Shown here: positions 1-8,299 of the stretch, piece by piece | Position numbering within the stretch: position 1 is the first letter of the stretch | Layout of the letters: every line of letters starts with the position of its first letter | The notes under the pieces: model-generated | What the model saw: only the letters and a program-made list of their open reading frames with translations | Database searches by the model: none | Told to the model about the DNA's origin: nothing | Source: Gemmatimonadaceae bacterium | GTDB lineage: Bacteria; Gemmatimonadota; Gemmatimonadetes; Gemmatimonadales; Gemmatimonadaceae | DNA: 25,253 bases | Direction of reading: 5' to 3' | Assembly (NCBI GenBank): GCA_035274345.1 | Contig: DATEOG010000235.1 | Span: 1-25,253 of the forward strand | Made by a program: the position numbers and the translations under genes

Positions 1-13
1 GAACTAGTAGCAA

Positions 14-110
14 TGCGCTTTGCGCTCTGCGCTAGGCGCGGAACGACCTCGGCGCAAAGCGGGCGTCCCGAGGCTTGGCGCATCGCGCAAAGCGCACAGC
101 GCACAGCGCT
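14..110. repeat. Inverted pair of heptamer tandem arrays (TGCGCTN x3 / NAGCGCA-type x3-4); probable 3' hairpin or terminator of the ACT-DUF5612 gene
   Basis: tgcgctt-tgcgctc-tgcgct at 14-33 is complementary to gcgcaa-agcgcac-agcgcac-agcgct at 85-110. The right arm ends directly at the stop codon (111-113) of the minus-strand gene. Confidence 0.75.
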
Positions 111-770
111 CTAGAACACCCTCCTCGGTAGTCTCTCGACGGTGAATTTAGCCGTGTCGGCGATCGCCATTACGGTCATCACCCCCGCCTGCACCGGGTC
201 CGTGACGACGAGGTCCGCCGCCTCCGGGACGCTCCCGGCCATGTTCAGGCTCACGACCAGCAGTCCCTGCGCGCGCACCTCGCGCACCGCCTTCTCGATC
301 TCGCCGCCCATCAGCGAGCCGGCGAGAACGATGGCCGAGGCGCGTGGGAGGCGCGCTACCGCCCGCACGGCGTCGGCGAGCTGCTGCTCACCCACGAGCG
401 GGATCGTGTCCACCGAGATGCGCTCGCCGCGGATGTTGTGGCGATCGGCCTCGGAGATCGCGCCGATGGCCACCTGCCCGACCTGCGCACCACCGCCCAT
501 GATGATGATCCGCTTGCCGTAGATGGTCTTGAGCGTGTCGACCACCTCGACGCCGCGAACCACGGTCAGCTCCTGGAGCGCTTTCACCAACTGGTCGACG
601 CTGCCCGGCAGGTCGATCTCGAAGTTGACGATGTCTTCGGTCGGACCCTGACTGGAGATCTCGACCGAGGAGATGTCACCGCGAAGCTGGGCGATCGCAC
701 CCGTGAGCTGATGCAGGACGCCAGGCCCCACCGAGGCCCTTACCTGTAGTCCGATTCGGTCGTTCATCAT
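111..770 (-). CDS. ACT domain + DUF5612 protein (AF1403/COG1707-like putative small-molecule-binding regulator)
   Basis: N-terminal ACT-like segment (GVLHQLTGAIAQLRGDISSVE) followed by GKRIIIMGGGAQVGQVAIGAISEADRHNIRGERISVDTIPLVGE...LAGSLMGG...SLNMAGSVP..ADLVVTDPVQAG, which I recognise as DUF5612. GGAG lies 8 nt upstream of ATG 770, so the start is trimmed from 800. Confidence 0.85.
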   Translation of the reverse strand: MMNDRIGLQVRASVGPGVLHQLTGAIAQLRGDISSVEISSQGPTEDIVNFEIDLPGSVDQLVKALQELTVVRGVEVVDTLKTIYGKRIIIMGGGAQVGQVAIGAISEADRHNIRGERISVDTIPLVGEQQLADAVRAVARLPRASAIVLAGSLMGGEIEKAVREVRAQGLLVVSLNMAGSVPEAADLVVTDPVQAGVMTVMAIADTAKFTVERLPRRVF

Positions 771-907
771 GACGCTTTCTCCAGCGAGATCGCCCCGCAT
801 TTGCTCGACGTGCCGCGGCGCGATGCCGAAGCTGGACCGGGATCGGTCGCCTGAATATGCGACGAGCCCGCCATGATATAGAAGTGGGTACGGATCGATC
901 CGCGCGC

Positions 908-1137
908 CGTCATCCCGAGCGAGCGCAGCGAGTCGGGGGATCTGCGCCTCCCGTCATCCCGAGCGAGCGCAGCGAGTCGAGGGATCTGCACTCTGATGTC
1001 GTCCCGAGCGAGCGTAGCGAGTCGAGGGATCTGCACCCGCACGAGCACGTACAGATCCCTCGACTTCGCGCTGCGCGCTCCGCTCGGGATGACAGCGGGG
1101 TACAGATCCCTCGACTGCGCGCTCCGCTCGGGATGAC
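908..1137. repeat. Cluster of five CGTC-type REP-like palindromic units (three forward, two inverted), BIME-like
   Basis: Forward units (c/t)gtc(a/g)tcccgagcgagcg(c/t)agcgagtcg(a/g)gggatctgc at 908-945, 952-990 and 997-1035. Inverted units gtacagatccctcgact...gcgcgctccgctcgggatgac at 1049-1093 and 1100-1137. Each unit has a terminal (A/G)TCCC...GGGAT stem. Confidence 0.9.
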
Positions 1138-1235
1138 CTGAGACGGGAGGAGCCGATCCGGCCCTTTCAGATCTGATCGACGTTCAAGATCCGCGTTCCG
1201 TCGTTCAAAGGCGTTGATCTCGACTGCGAGAGCGA

Positions 1236-1263
1236 TTGACAACCCGCTCGTTGGCTCCAGTTT
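1236..1263 (+). promoter_or_regulatory. Putative sigma70-type promoter of the gluconolactonase gene
   Basis: TTGACA (1236-1241), 16-nt spacer, CAGTTT (1258-1263), ~50 nt upstream of ATG 1313. The -35 is perfect and the -10 is weak. Confidence 0.35.
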
Positions 1264-1312
1264 CCCGCCGCGACCCTCTCATTCGATCAGCCCACTCCCG
1301 CGCTCGCGTCCC

Positions 1313-2350
1313 ATGCCCCGTCACCTCCGTTCACTCGCCCTCGTCGCATCCCTCGTCGCGTCGCCCGCGCTCGCGCAGAACGCGGCGAAGGCCACGCCGA
1401 TCGCGCCCGCCCCGGGGGCCAGCATCGAGCGGCTCGATCCGGCGTTCGATGCGCTCGTCGCGCGCGATGCGCAGATCGAGCAGCTCGCGCAGGGATTCCA
1501 GTGGACCGAAGGGCCCCTGTGGCAGAAGCGTGGCGGATATCTGTTGTTCAGCGACATCCCCTCGAACGCGATCTACAGATGGAAGGAGGGGGAAGGGCTC
1601 TCCGTGTTCCTGCGGCCGGCGGGCTACGCCGCGGGAACGAACCCGCCCGGGCGAGAGATCGGCACGAACGGGCTCACCCTCGATGCACAGGGACGGCTCG
1701 TCGTCGCCGACCACGGCAACCGCGGCATCTCGCGCTGGAACGATTCCCTGTTCACCCGCACGGTCGTCGTCGATCGGTTCGAGGGAAAGCGGTTCAACAG
1801 CCCGAACGATCTCGTATGGGGTCCGAACGGAGATCTGTACTTCACCGATCCATCCTACGGTCTGGCCCGCGGGAACGCCGATCCCGCGAAGGAGCTGCCG
1901 TTCAACGGCGTGTTCCGGCTTTCAGCGGGAGGACAGCTGTCCACGGTGACGCGCGACCTCACCTTTCCGAACGGCATCGGCCTGTCGCCGGACGCGCGCA
2001 CGCTCTACGTCGCGATCTCGGACGGCAAGAATCCGTACATCATGTCGTACGCCGTGAACGCGGACGGCACCACGGGACAGGGGCGCATCTTCTACGATGG
2101 CCGCGCGCGGGTAGCGCAGGGACTCAAGGGAGGGCTGGACGGGCTCAAGGTGGACGTGAAGGGAAACATCTTCGCCACGGGTCCGGGCGGCATCCTCGTC
2201 CTGTCACCCGAGGGAAAGCACCTCGGCACGATCATGCCCGGAGATCTCGTCGCCAACTGCGCATTCGGCGACGACGGCTCGACGCTCTACATGACGGTGA
2301 ATCACCAGCTCATGCGCGTGCGAACGCAGACGAAGGGGCTCGGCTTCTGA
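1313..2350 (+). CDS. SMP-30/gluconolactonase/LRE family protein, secreted
   Basis: Sec-type signal (MPRHLRSLALVASLVASPALA/Q). Family motifs WTEGP, LLFSDIP, TNGLTLD, NSPNDL, FPNGIGLSPD, DGLKVD, NCAFG. Start trimmed from 1214 to the Met preceding the signal peptide. Confidence 0.92.
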   Translation: MPRHLRSLALVASLVASPALAQNAAKATPIAPAPGASIERLDPAFDALVARDAQIEQLAQGFQWTEGPLWQKRGGYLLFSDIPSNAIYRWKEGEGLSVFLRPAGYAAGTNPPGREIGTNGLTLDAQGRLVVADHGNRGISRWNDSLFTRTVVVDRFEGKRFNSPNDLVWGPNGDLYFTDPSYGLARGNADPAKELPFNGVFRLSAGGQLSTVTRDLTFPNGIGLSPDARTLYVAISDGKNPYIMSYAVNADGTTGQGRIFYDGRARVAQGLKGGLDGLKVDVKGNIFATGPGGILVLSPEGKHLGTIMPGDLVANCAFGDDGSTLYMTVNHQLMRVRTQTKGLGF

Positions 2351-3224
2351 ATCGCTCGCTGAGGTAGCCGCTCACGTAGGCGCCCTGCGAGAGCGCCATC
2401 AGTGCGGACAGCGCGACGGCGTGCCATCCCCCACCGCGGCTGAACGGATAGCCGACGAGCTGCAGGTAGAAGCGCGGCGGCTCGACGCGCAGCGGCTGCT
2501 CACCGCGGCGCGCCCGCGCGCGATGCAGGTGGAACGCGCCGCGACCGTAATTGAAGTGCTGGCGACAGAACGATCGCAGCTTCAGCTCGTGCGCGTGGTG
2601 GACGATCGCGTCGGCGGAGTACAGCATGGCGAGCCCCGCCTCACGCCAGCGTTCGCACAGATCGCGGTCCTCCGCGGCAGCGAGCGGAAAGGTGACGTCG
2701 AAGCCACCGATGCGATGGAATGACTCCCTCGGCAGGGCGAGATTCGACGTGATGAAGAATCGCCCCTCCGACCCGTCGACGTTGAAGTACTCGTACAGGA
2801 ACTCGACGAGGAGCTGGCTGGCCGTCGAATAGAGTCCGTCGTCGAGCGCGTTCACGATGCGGCCGCCGATGGCGCACCCAGGATGGCGGACGGCCTCCCC
2901 GTCGATCGCGCTGAGCCATCCCGGATCGGGACGACAGTCGTCGTCGGTGAACACGATGTACGCGCCCCGCGACGCCTGCGCTCCCGCGTTGCGGGCCGTG
3001 GCGGGGCCGGCGTTGGCCTGCTCGATCAGCCGGACATCGATCGACGCCGCTACGCTCGCCACGATCCCGCGCGGCGGCTCGGCGCTGCCGTCGTCCACGA
3101 CGATCACCTCGAACCGAGCGCGATCGAGCGTCTGCGCGACGAGCGCGTCGAGACAGCGCGCGAGCGACGCCGGCCGCTGGTACGTCGGCACGACCACGCT
3201 GAACGCTGGCGATGGCGCCGTCAT
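2310..3224 (-). CDS. Glycosyltransferase family 2
   Basis: FSVVVPTYQRP, EVIVVDDGS, NAGPATARNAG, FTDDDC (DxD), GGFD...AAEDRDLCER. Start trimmed to MTAPSPAFS at 3224, just downstream of the flippase stop. Confidence 0.92.
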   Translation of the reverse strand: MTAPSPAFSVVVPTYQRPASLARCLDALVAQTLDRARFEVIVVDDGSAEPPRGIVASVAASIDVRLIEQANAGPATARNAGAQASRGAYIVFTDDDCRPDPGWLSAIDGEAVRHPGCAIGGRIVNALDDGLYSTASQLLVEFLYEYFNVDGSEGRFFITSNLALPRESFHRIGGFDVTFPLAAAEDRDLCERWREAGLAMLYSADAIVHHAHELKLRSFCRQHFNYGRGAFHLHRARARRGEQPLRVEPPRFYLQLVGYPFSRGGGWHAVALSALMALSQGAYVSGYLSERFRSRAPSSAFARA

Positions 3225-3234
3225 CGGTCGCTCG

Positions 3235-4701
3235 TCACTCCGATTCCGGGGTGACCAGCCGACGGCGCGGCCAGACGGAGCGAATCCGGATGCGATCCTC
3301 GGCGTCGACCTCGCCCAGCACGACGAACGCGCCGACCACGAACGCGCTGAGGAGCGCGAGCTTGGCCGCGAGCACGACGCCGCCGCTCGTCGGCGTGCGA
3401 ACGGCGAGCCAGTAGATGGGCACCGCGACGAGCGCGGCGCGCACGAGCGTGCCGTACGCGTGCACCCCGGAGAGTCGATGTACCAGTGCGACCGAGGCCA
3501 TCCCACCGGCGACTCCCGTAATAGCGGTGACCATGGCCGCGCCGACGGCCCCGAAGCGCGGGATCAGCAGCAGGTGGCCGACCAGCGCGCCGGCCAGGAC
3601 GCCGACGCCCAGCACCGACACGACCCCCTGCGCGTCCATCGCGGTGACGATGGAGACAGAGATGGACATCATCACGAGCGCGACTCCTGCACCGAACAGC
3701 AGCGCGAGGAGCGGTCCGGAGCCGCCGAACGACGGACCGAACACGACCCGCACGAGGTCGTCCGCCGTGCCGGCGACGAGCGCCGCGAACGGAACGAGCC
3801 CGAAGGACACGCGCAATGCGTCGCGGGCCACGCGCCTCGCATCCGCTTCCGCGCCGTCGCGGCGCAGCCGCCCGAGCGTCGCGAGCAACAGCGGCGCGAG
3901 CGAGAGGGCGAACAGGCCGGGAGGCACGGCGAGATTCTGCGCCGCCGCATAGAGCCCGACGTCGGCGCCCGCACCCCGCAGCGCGGACAGTGCGAAGAGA
4001 TCGATCTTGGAGAACAGTTGCATCGCGGCACCATATACTACGAGAGGTGCCGCTACGCGCCATATGCGCGACCATCCGATCGGCGATCGGCCACGCACCT
4101 GCACGCGCTCGAACCACCGCGCTACGAGCAGCTCCACCGCCGTCGCGCCGACGCTGCCGACGACCGCGCCCATGATGGAGCCGGTGATGCGCACGAGGAG
4201 GACGATGAGGGCGAGCCTCGTCATCCACCGCGAGAGGGCCACCGCCGCCACCTCGCGAAAACGCCCACGCCCCGTGAGCACGTCGCGGTACGCGCGTGCG
4301 ACGTTGAACAGCAGCAGGTCGATGGCGAAGACCCGCAGGTAGGGCGCGAGCTCCGGCGCGCCGAGCAATCGGGCGAACAACGGCGCGCCCAGGAGCACGG
4401 CGACGAACGCCACGCTCCCGACGACGAGCCGCCAGCGCAGCACGCCCGTCGCGACGGGCCGCCAGTCGTCCGCCTCGCTCACGAACTTCACCGCCGCGCG
4501 CGCGAGCAGCGTGGTGGTCGTGAAACCGAGCCACGTGATGAAGGTGGCGACGACGGAGAACAGCCCGTAGCCCGTCGGGCCCAGCGTGCGCGTGAGCACT
4601 GCCGCGGTGATCAACCCCGTCGGGAGCAGCACGAGCTCGGCGGCGAAGCCGAGCACGACGCCGCCGGCGAGCCGTGAATGCGCGGCGTGCGGCTTCGTCA
4701 T
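3235..4701 (-). CDS. Oligosaccharide flippase (Wzx/MurJ-like, MOP superfamily)
   Basis: About 14 hydrophobic segments. LTRTLGPTGYGLFSVV, KIDLFALSAL...VGLYAAAQ and LLIPRFGAVGAAMVT are typical polysaccharide-biosynthesis flippase motifs. 4-bp overlap with the upstream epimerase. Confidence 0.88.
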   Translation of the reverse strand: MTKPHAAHSRLAGGVVLGFAAELVLLPTGLITAAVLTRTLGPTGYGLFSVVATFITWLGFTTTTLLARAAVKFVSEADDWRPVATGVLRWRLVVGSVAFVAVLLGAPLFARLLGAPELAPYLRVFAIDLLLFNVARAYRDVLTGRGRFREVAAVALSRWMTRLALIVLLVRITGSIMGAVVGSVGATAVELLVARWFERVQVRGRSPIGWSRIWRVAAPLVVYGAAMQLFSKIDLFALSALRGAGADVGLYAAAQNLAVPPGLFALSLAPLLLATLGRLRRDGAEADARRVARDALRVSFGLVPFAALVAGTADDLVRVVFGPSFGGSGPLLALLFGAGVALVMMSISVSIVTAMDAQGVVSVLGVGVLAGALVGHLLLIPRFGAVGAAMVTAITGVAGGMASVALVHRLSGVHAYGTLVRAALVAVPIYWLAVRTPTSGGVVLAAKLALLSAFVVGAFVVLGEVDAEDRIRIRSVWPRRRLVTPESE

Positions 4702-5684
4702 CGGGGCTGTCGCTCCGGAAGCTTTCCAGCCGCGACGAACCCGTCCACCATCGCGCGGATGGCGTCCTCCAGCGAGGCGTGTGGATCGTAGCCGAGCTCC
4801 GTGCGGGCCAGGTCGCTGATGGAGCGCTTGTCGGCGATGAGCGGCTCGCGGCCATGCACGTATCGCGAAGCGAATCCCGTCACACGGAAGACGAGCGCCG
4901 CCGCGTGCTGCGCGGCGAGGAAGGGTGCCGCGGGAAGTCCCGGGCCGGGCGGCGGAACACCGAGCGCGCCGGCGATGCTCGCGGCGAAACCAGCCATGGT
5001 GGACGGCTCCCCCGCGCCGAGCACGTAGAGCCTCCCCTCGATCGACGGCGTTGCAGCGCAGCTGACCAGTCCATCCACCAGGTCGCTGACCGGCACGAGA
5101 TCGATCGAGTTCGTGCCGTCACCGACGAGACGCATGCGACCAGCGGCGATCCCCTGCGCGAGCTGGAGCCATCCGTATGCGCCGCGTCCGATGACCGAGG
5201 AGATGCGCGCGATGACGACCGGCGCGCTCGTGCGCTCGTGGGCGGCGCGCACGACCTCCTCGCCACGCCACTTGGTGAGCCGGTACAGCGTGTTGGGCCG
5301 CACCGGCGTGCGTTCATCGATCGGCGTCCCAGCGACGAATCCGTGTACGCCGAGCGTGCTGCCGAACACCACGCGCTGCACGTCTGCCTCGCGCGCGGCT
5401 TCCATCACGTTCGCCGTCCCCCGAACGTTGACGTCGTGCAACAGCGCGGACGAACCGGACTTCGCCGCCGCGAGGTGGATCACGTGCGAACGGCCGCGCA
5501 TCGCCAGCGCGAGTGAGTCGCGATCGCGCACGTCGCCGCGCACGACCTCGATCCCGGCGTCGGCGAGACGCTTGATGTCGGCGGACGGTCGCGCGAGCGC
5601 GCGCACGTCGCGCCCCTCGCGCGCCAGCCGAAGCGCGACCGCACCGCCGACGAAGCCTGTTGCCCCGGTGACCAGCACGCGCAT
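4698..5684 (-). CDS. NAD-dependent epimerase/dehydratase (extended SDR)
   Basis: VLVTGATGFVG (GxxGxxG), GDVRD, VIHLAA, NVRGTANV and catalytic YRLTK (YxxxK). Confidence 0.92.
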   Translation of the reverse strand: MRVLVTGATGFVGGAVALRLAREGRDVRALARPSADIKRLADAGIEVVRGDVRDRDSLALAMRGRSHVIHLAAAKSGSSALLHDVNVRGTANVMEAAREADVQRVVFGSTLGVHGFVAGTPIDERTPVRPNTLYRLTKWRGEEVVRAAHERTSAPVVIARISSVIGRGAYGWLQLAQGIAAGRMRLVGDGTNSIDLVPVSDLVDGLVSCAATPSIEGRLYVLGAGEPSTMAGFAASIAGALGVPPPGPGLPAAPFLAAQHAAALVFRVTGFASRYVHGREPLIADKRSISDLARTELGYDPHASLEDAIRAMVDGFVAAGKLPERQPR

Positions 5685-5693
5685 CGGCTGCCC

Positions 5694-6704
5694 TCAGACC
5701 GCTGGTGCCGGCGCGGCCATTGCGTCGCGATCGCGACGCGACAGATGACGCAGCCGGTACAGCTCGTAGTCCTCCATGCGCGCGACCGCATCGCCCGCGC
5801 CGGCGAGGAGTCCCCACGCCTCGGCCACCGCGAGCACGCCGAGCGTGCCCACGACGCCGAGATAGACGCGATTCCGGAGGGCCGGCGGGATGGGCAGCCG
5901 CTGCATCTGCGGCCGGATGTGCCGCAGCTGGAGGAGAGGAAAGAGCGGGAACGCCGCCGCCTGCAGCATCCGCCGCCACGCCGGCCACCGTTCGCGCTCG
6001 GCGCGCTGCGCACCGAGGATGCGCCCGCGCTGCAGGTTGAGTCCGACGGTAGACCACGCCGCCGAGACGTTGCTGTGGTGCGTTCGCGCGGCCGGCTCGA
6101 GGTAGAGCGTGTGGCCACGCGAGCGCAGCTCGGCCTGAAGCGCGCCCTCCCACTCGAGCAGCGCTCCGAGCCGGTCCTCGAACGGCGCGAGCGCCGCGCG
6201 CTTGTACGACGAGTTGTGCCAGGGCAGCAGGTCGCGCTCACCGGCGGGCAACGGCGGCGCGAAGCCACCGTACGAGAGGATGTAGTTCACCCAGCTCCCC
6301 ACCGACTCGGGATTGGCGTTGACGACGGCGGGTCCAACGCCCGTCCACGTCCCCTTGTGTGCACTGAGCAGCGCCTCGGCCCACTCGGGCTCCGGAAACG
6401 AGTGATCTTCGATCAGTCCGACGATCGGGCTCGACGCGCGGAGCATTCCGCGCGCGGCGGCGTCGCCGCGCTCGGTGATCGGTCCTACCTCGACGATGCG
6501 ACACGCGGCGAACTCGTTGCTCCCGAGCGCCGCGAGATCGAAACCCGCTGCCGACTCGGCCACGATGAGCACCTCCATGCGCCGCCGCGCGGTCTGCGCA
6601 CCGAGGTGGCGCATCGTGCGCGCGATGCCCGAGGGCCCGGAGCCCGCCACGAGCACGACGGAGAGCTCGGCGAGAGAGTTGGCCTGCGGCCTTTCGCTCG
6701 ACAT
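5694..6704 (-). CDS. Glycosyltransferase family 2-like protein
   Basis: ELSVVLVA, ASSPIVGLIEDHSFPEPEWAEALL (EDH at the DxD position), LLPWHNSSYKR, and a hydrophobic C-terminal region. Embedded in the glycan operon. Confidence 0.78.
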   Translation of the reverse strand: MSSERPQANSLAELSVVLVAGSGPSGIARTMRHLGAQTARRRMEVLIVAESAAGFDLAALGSNEFAACRIVEVGPITERGDAAARGMLRASSPIVGLIEDHSFPEPEWAEALLSAHKGTWTGVGPAVVNANPESVGSWVNYILSYGGFAPPLPAGERDLLPWHNSSYKRAALAPFEDRLGALLEWEGALQAELRSRGHTLYLEPAARTHHSNVSAAWSTVGLNLQRGRILGAQRAERERWPAWRRMLQAAAFPLFPLLQLRHIRPQMQRLPIPPALRNRVYLGVVGTLGVLAVAEAWGLLAGAGDAVARMEDYELYRLRHLSRRDRDAMAAPAPAV

Positions 6705-6718
6705 GAGAGACTCGGAGA

Positions 6719-8299
6719 TCAGGTGCCGGTATCGGCGAAGGTGGTCGACGTTTTCAGCCAGTCGTGCAGCGGCGGTCCCGTCATCTCGACGGGGGGCGCG
6801 ACGTCGAGCAGCGTGAGCATCGTGGGCGCGAGCGAGAGCGGGTTGACGTCGGGCAGCCGCCCCGCAGCTCGAACCGCCCCACCGGCCGCGACGAGGATGC
6901 CTTCGGTCGTGTGGTGGCTGCCGCGATGGAATGCGTGCGGCGACTGCGTCAGCTCGGCGCGAGGATGACGAAGGCGAAGCAGCGGACGATCGTGCGCGTG
7001 CCAGAAGACAGTGAGATCGGGAAGCGCGGGATGCGCGTCATCCCCGAAGAGCTCGCGCGTGCGCACGGTACGCGCGATCACCGGCTCGCCCATCTCCGCA
7101 TCCCGAAGCGCGTGCAGATCCTGCTCCAATCGCGTGAGCACCGCATCGTATTCGGCACCGGGAGCGACGATGCCGTTCGGCTCGCGGCCGCGAAGGTTCA
7201 CGCGGATGCAGCCGGTGTAGTAGCCCGGCGGCGCATACGCGGTCGTGCGCGACCAGTCTGTGGACGACGAGAACTTCTCGCTCAGCAGCCGCGCCTGAAC
7301 GTGGAAGGGCAGGAAGCGGCTGACCAGGTTGCGCGCCTGCTCGGGAACGAGCGAGCGAAGCATGGCGGTGATGGAGCGTCGCGGCGGGGCCCCGCTCTGC
7401 GCCGCCGGCTGGGGCGAGGCCTGATAGCCGAGACGACGGCAGAAGTTCTCGAGTAGCTCCTCGATCGGATACTGCGAGAGCATTCCCACCGAGCTCGCGA
7501 CCACCACGGTCGCCGTCGGCGGCAGCGCGTCGACGATGCGTCCGATCTCGTCGTCGACGGCGCGATACAGCCGAAACAGTGCATCGCCCATCCCCTGGTC
7601 GGGCCGCGGACCATCGCCCTTCGCGTCGCGCCGATACTCCCACGCCTGATGGCCTCCGGTATGCGCCTCGGCGAAGACGGCGACGACGAGATCGTACGTG
7701 CCCTTCGCGAGCAGCGCGCGCACGCACGCACCCTTCCGCGCCGCGCGCGCAACGAGCCGATCCACGATCGAGCGGTCGTCGGAGGTCGATCCGCCGATCA
7801 CCTCACCGATCTGCTCGCGCGGACCGAACGCGCTCCGCACTTCCGCGACGGCGGACTCGGGCTCCGCGGCGAGTGTCAGCGGCGGATAGTGCGAGTGCGT
7901 CGCCCACTCGCTCACCTGCAATCCTCGCAAACCCGGAACGGGCTCGGTGTCGGGCGGATCGAGCACCAGCACCGAGTGCCCCGTGCTGGCGAGTCGCGAC
8001 CAGAACGGCGCGACGCCGAGCTCGCGGGCGCGCTTCAACTCCAGTCCGTACGTGCCCGGCACCGGCTGCCAGAAGAAATGGAAGCCGTGCTTGCCGACGG
8101 AGATTCCGGAGAAGAGCGTCGACCAGATACCGTGCTCGAACAGCAGTTCGGGGCCGTTCGTCCGTGCCCACGCTCCGCGCGACATGAGTCTCGCCATGGA
8201 GGGGAGCTTTCCCTCGCGCGCCCAGCGCTCGATGAGCTCGGGATCGGCGGCGTCGAAGCCGAGCAGGACGACGGGACCGGTGGCGCGATCAGTTCGCAT
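6719..8299 (-). CDS. Alkaline phosphatase superfamily protein (type I phosphodiesterase/nucleotide pyrophosphatase-like), active site apparently degenerate
   Basis: VVLLGFDAADP, W.TL.SG..VGKHG, LYRAVDDEIGRIVDAL, IRVNLRGREPNGIV..GAEY, PDL and GSH...EGILV are motifs of the COG3379-like family. Start trimmed to MRTDR at 8299 (11-bp overlap with the GT4 stop). Confidence 0.85.
   Translation of the reverse strand: MRTDRATGPVVLLGFDAADPELIERWAREGKLPSMARLMSRGAWARTNGPELLFEHGIWSTLFSGISVGKHGFHFFWQPVPGTYGLELKRARELGVAPFWSRLASTGHSVLVLDPPDTEPVPGLRGLQVSEWATHSHYPPLTLAAEPESAVAEVRSAFGPREQIGEVIGGSTSDDRSIVDRLVARAARKGACVRALLAKGTYDLVVAVFAEAHTGGHQAWEYRRDAKGDGPRPDQGMGDALFRLYRAVDDEIGRIVDALPPTATVVVASSVGMLSQYPIEELLENFCRRLGYQASPQPAAQSGAPPRRSITAMLRSLVPEQARNLVSRFLPFHVQARLLSEKFSSSTDWSRTTAYAPPGYYTGCIRVNLRGREPNGIVAPGAEYDAVLTRLEQDLHALRDAEMGEPVIARTVRTRELFGDDAHPALPDLTVFWHAHDRPLLRLRHPRAELTQSPHAFHRGSHHTTEGILVAAGGAVRAAGRLPDVNPLSLAPTMLTLLDVAPPVEMTGPPLHDWLKTSTTFADTGT

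Noticed and set aside
908-1137. CRISPR array
   Set aside because: The units are internally palindromic and occur in both orientations, the spacers are only ~6-13 nt, and there are no cas genes. This fits REP elements.
1165-1225. AGATCT / CGTTCAA repeats between the REP cluster and the gluconolactonase promoter
   Set aside because: They are too short and irregular to distinguish an operator from REP-associated spacer sequence.
767-1242. ORFs 767-1048, 857-1141 and 910-1242
   Set aside because: They are translations of the REP units (repeated QIPRL / VIPSERSESRDL peptides) and have no RBS or domain.
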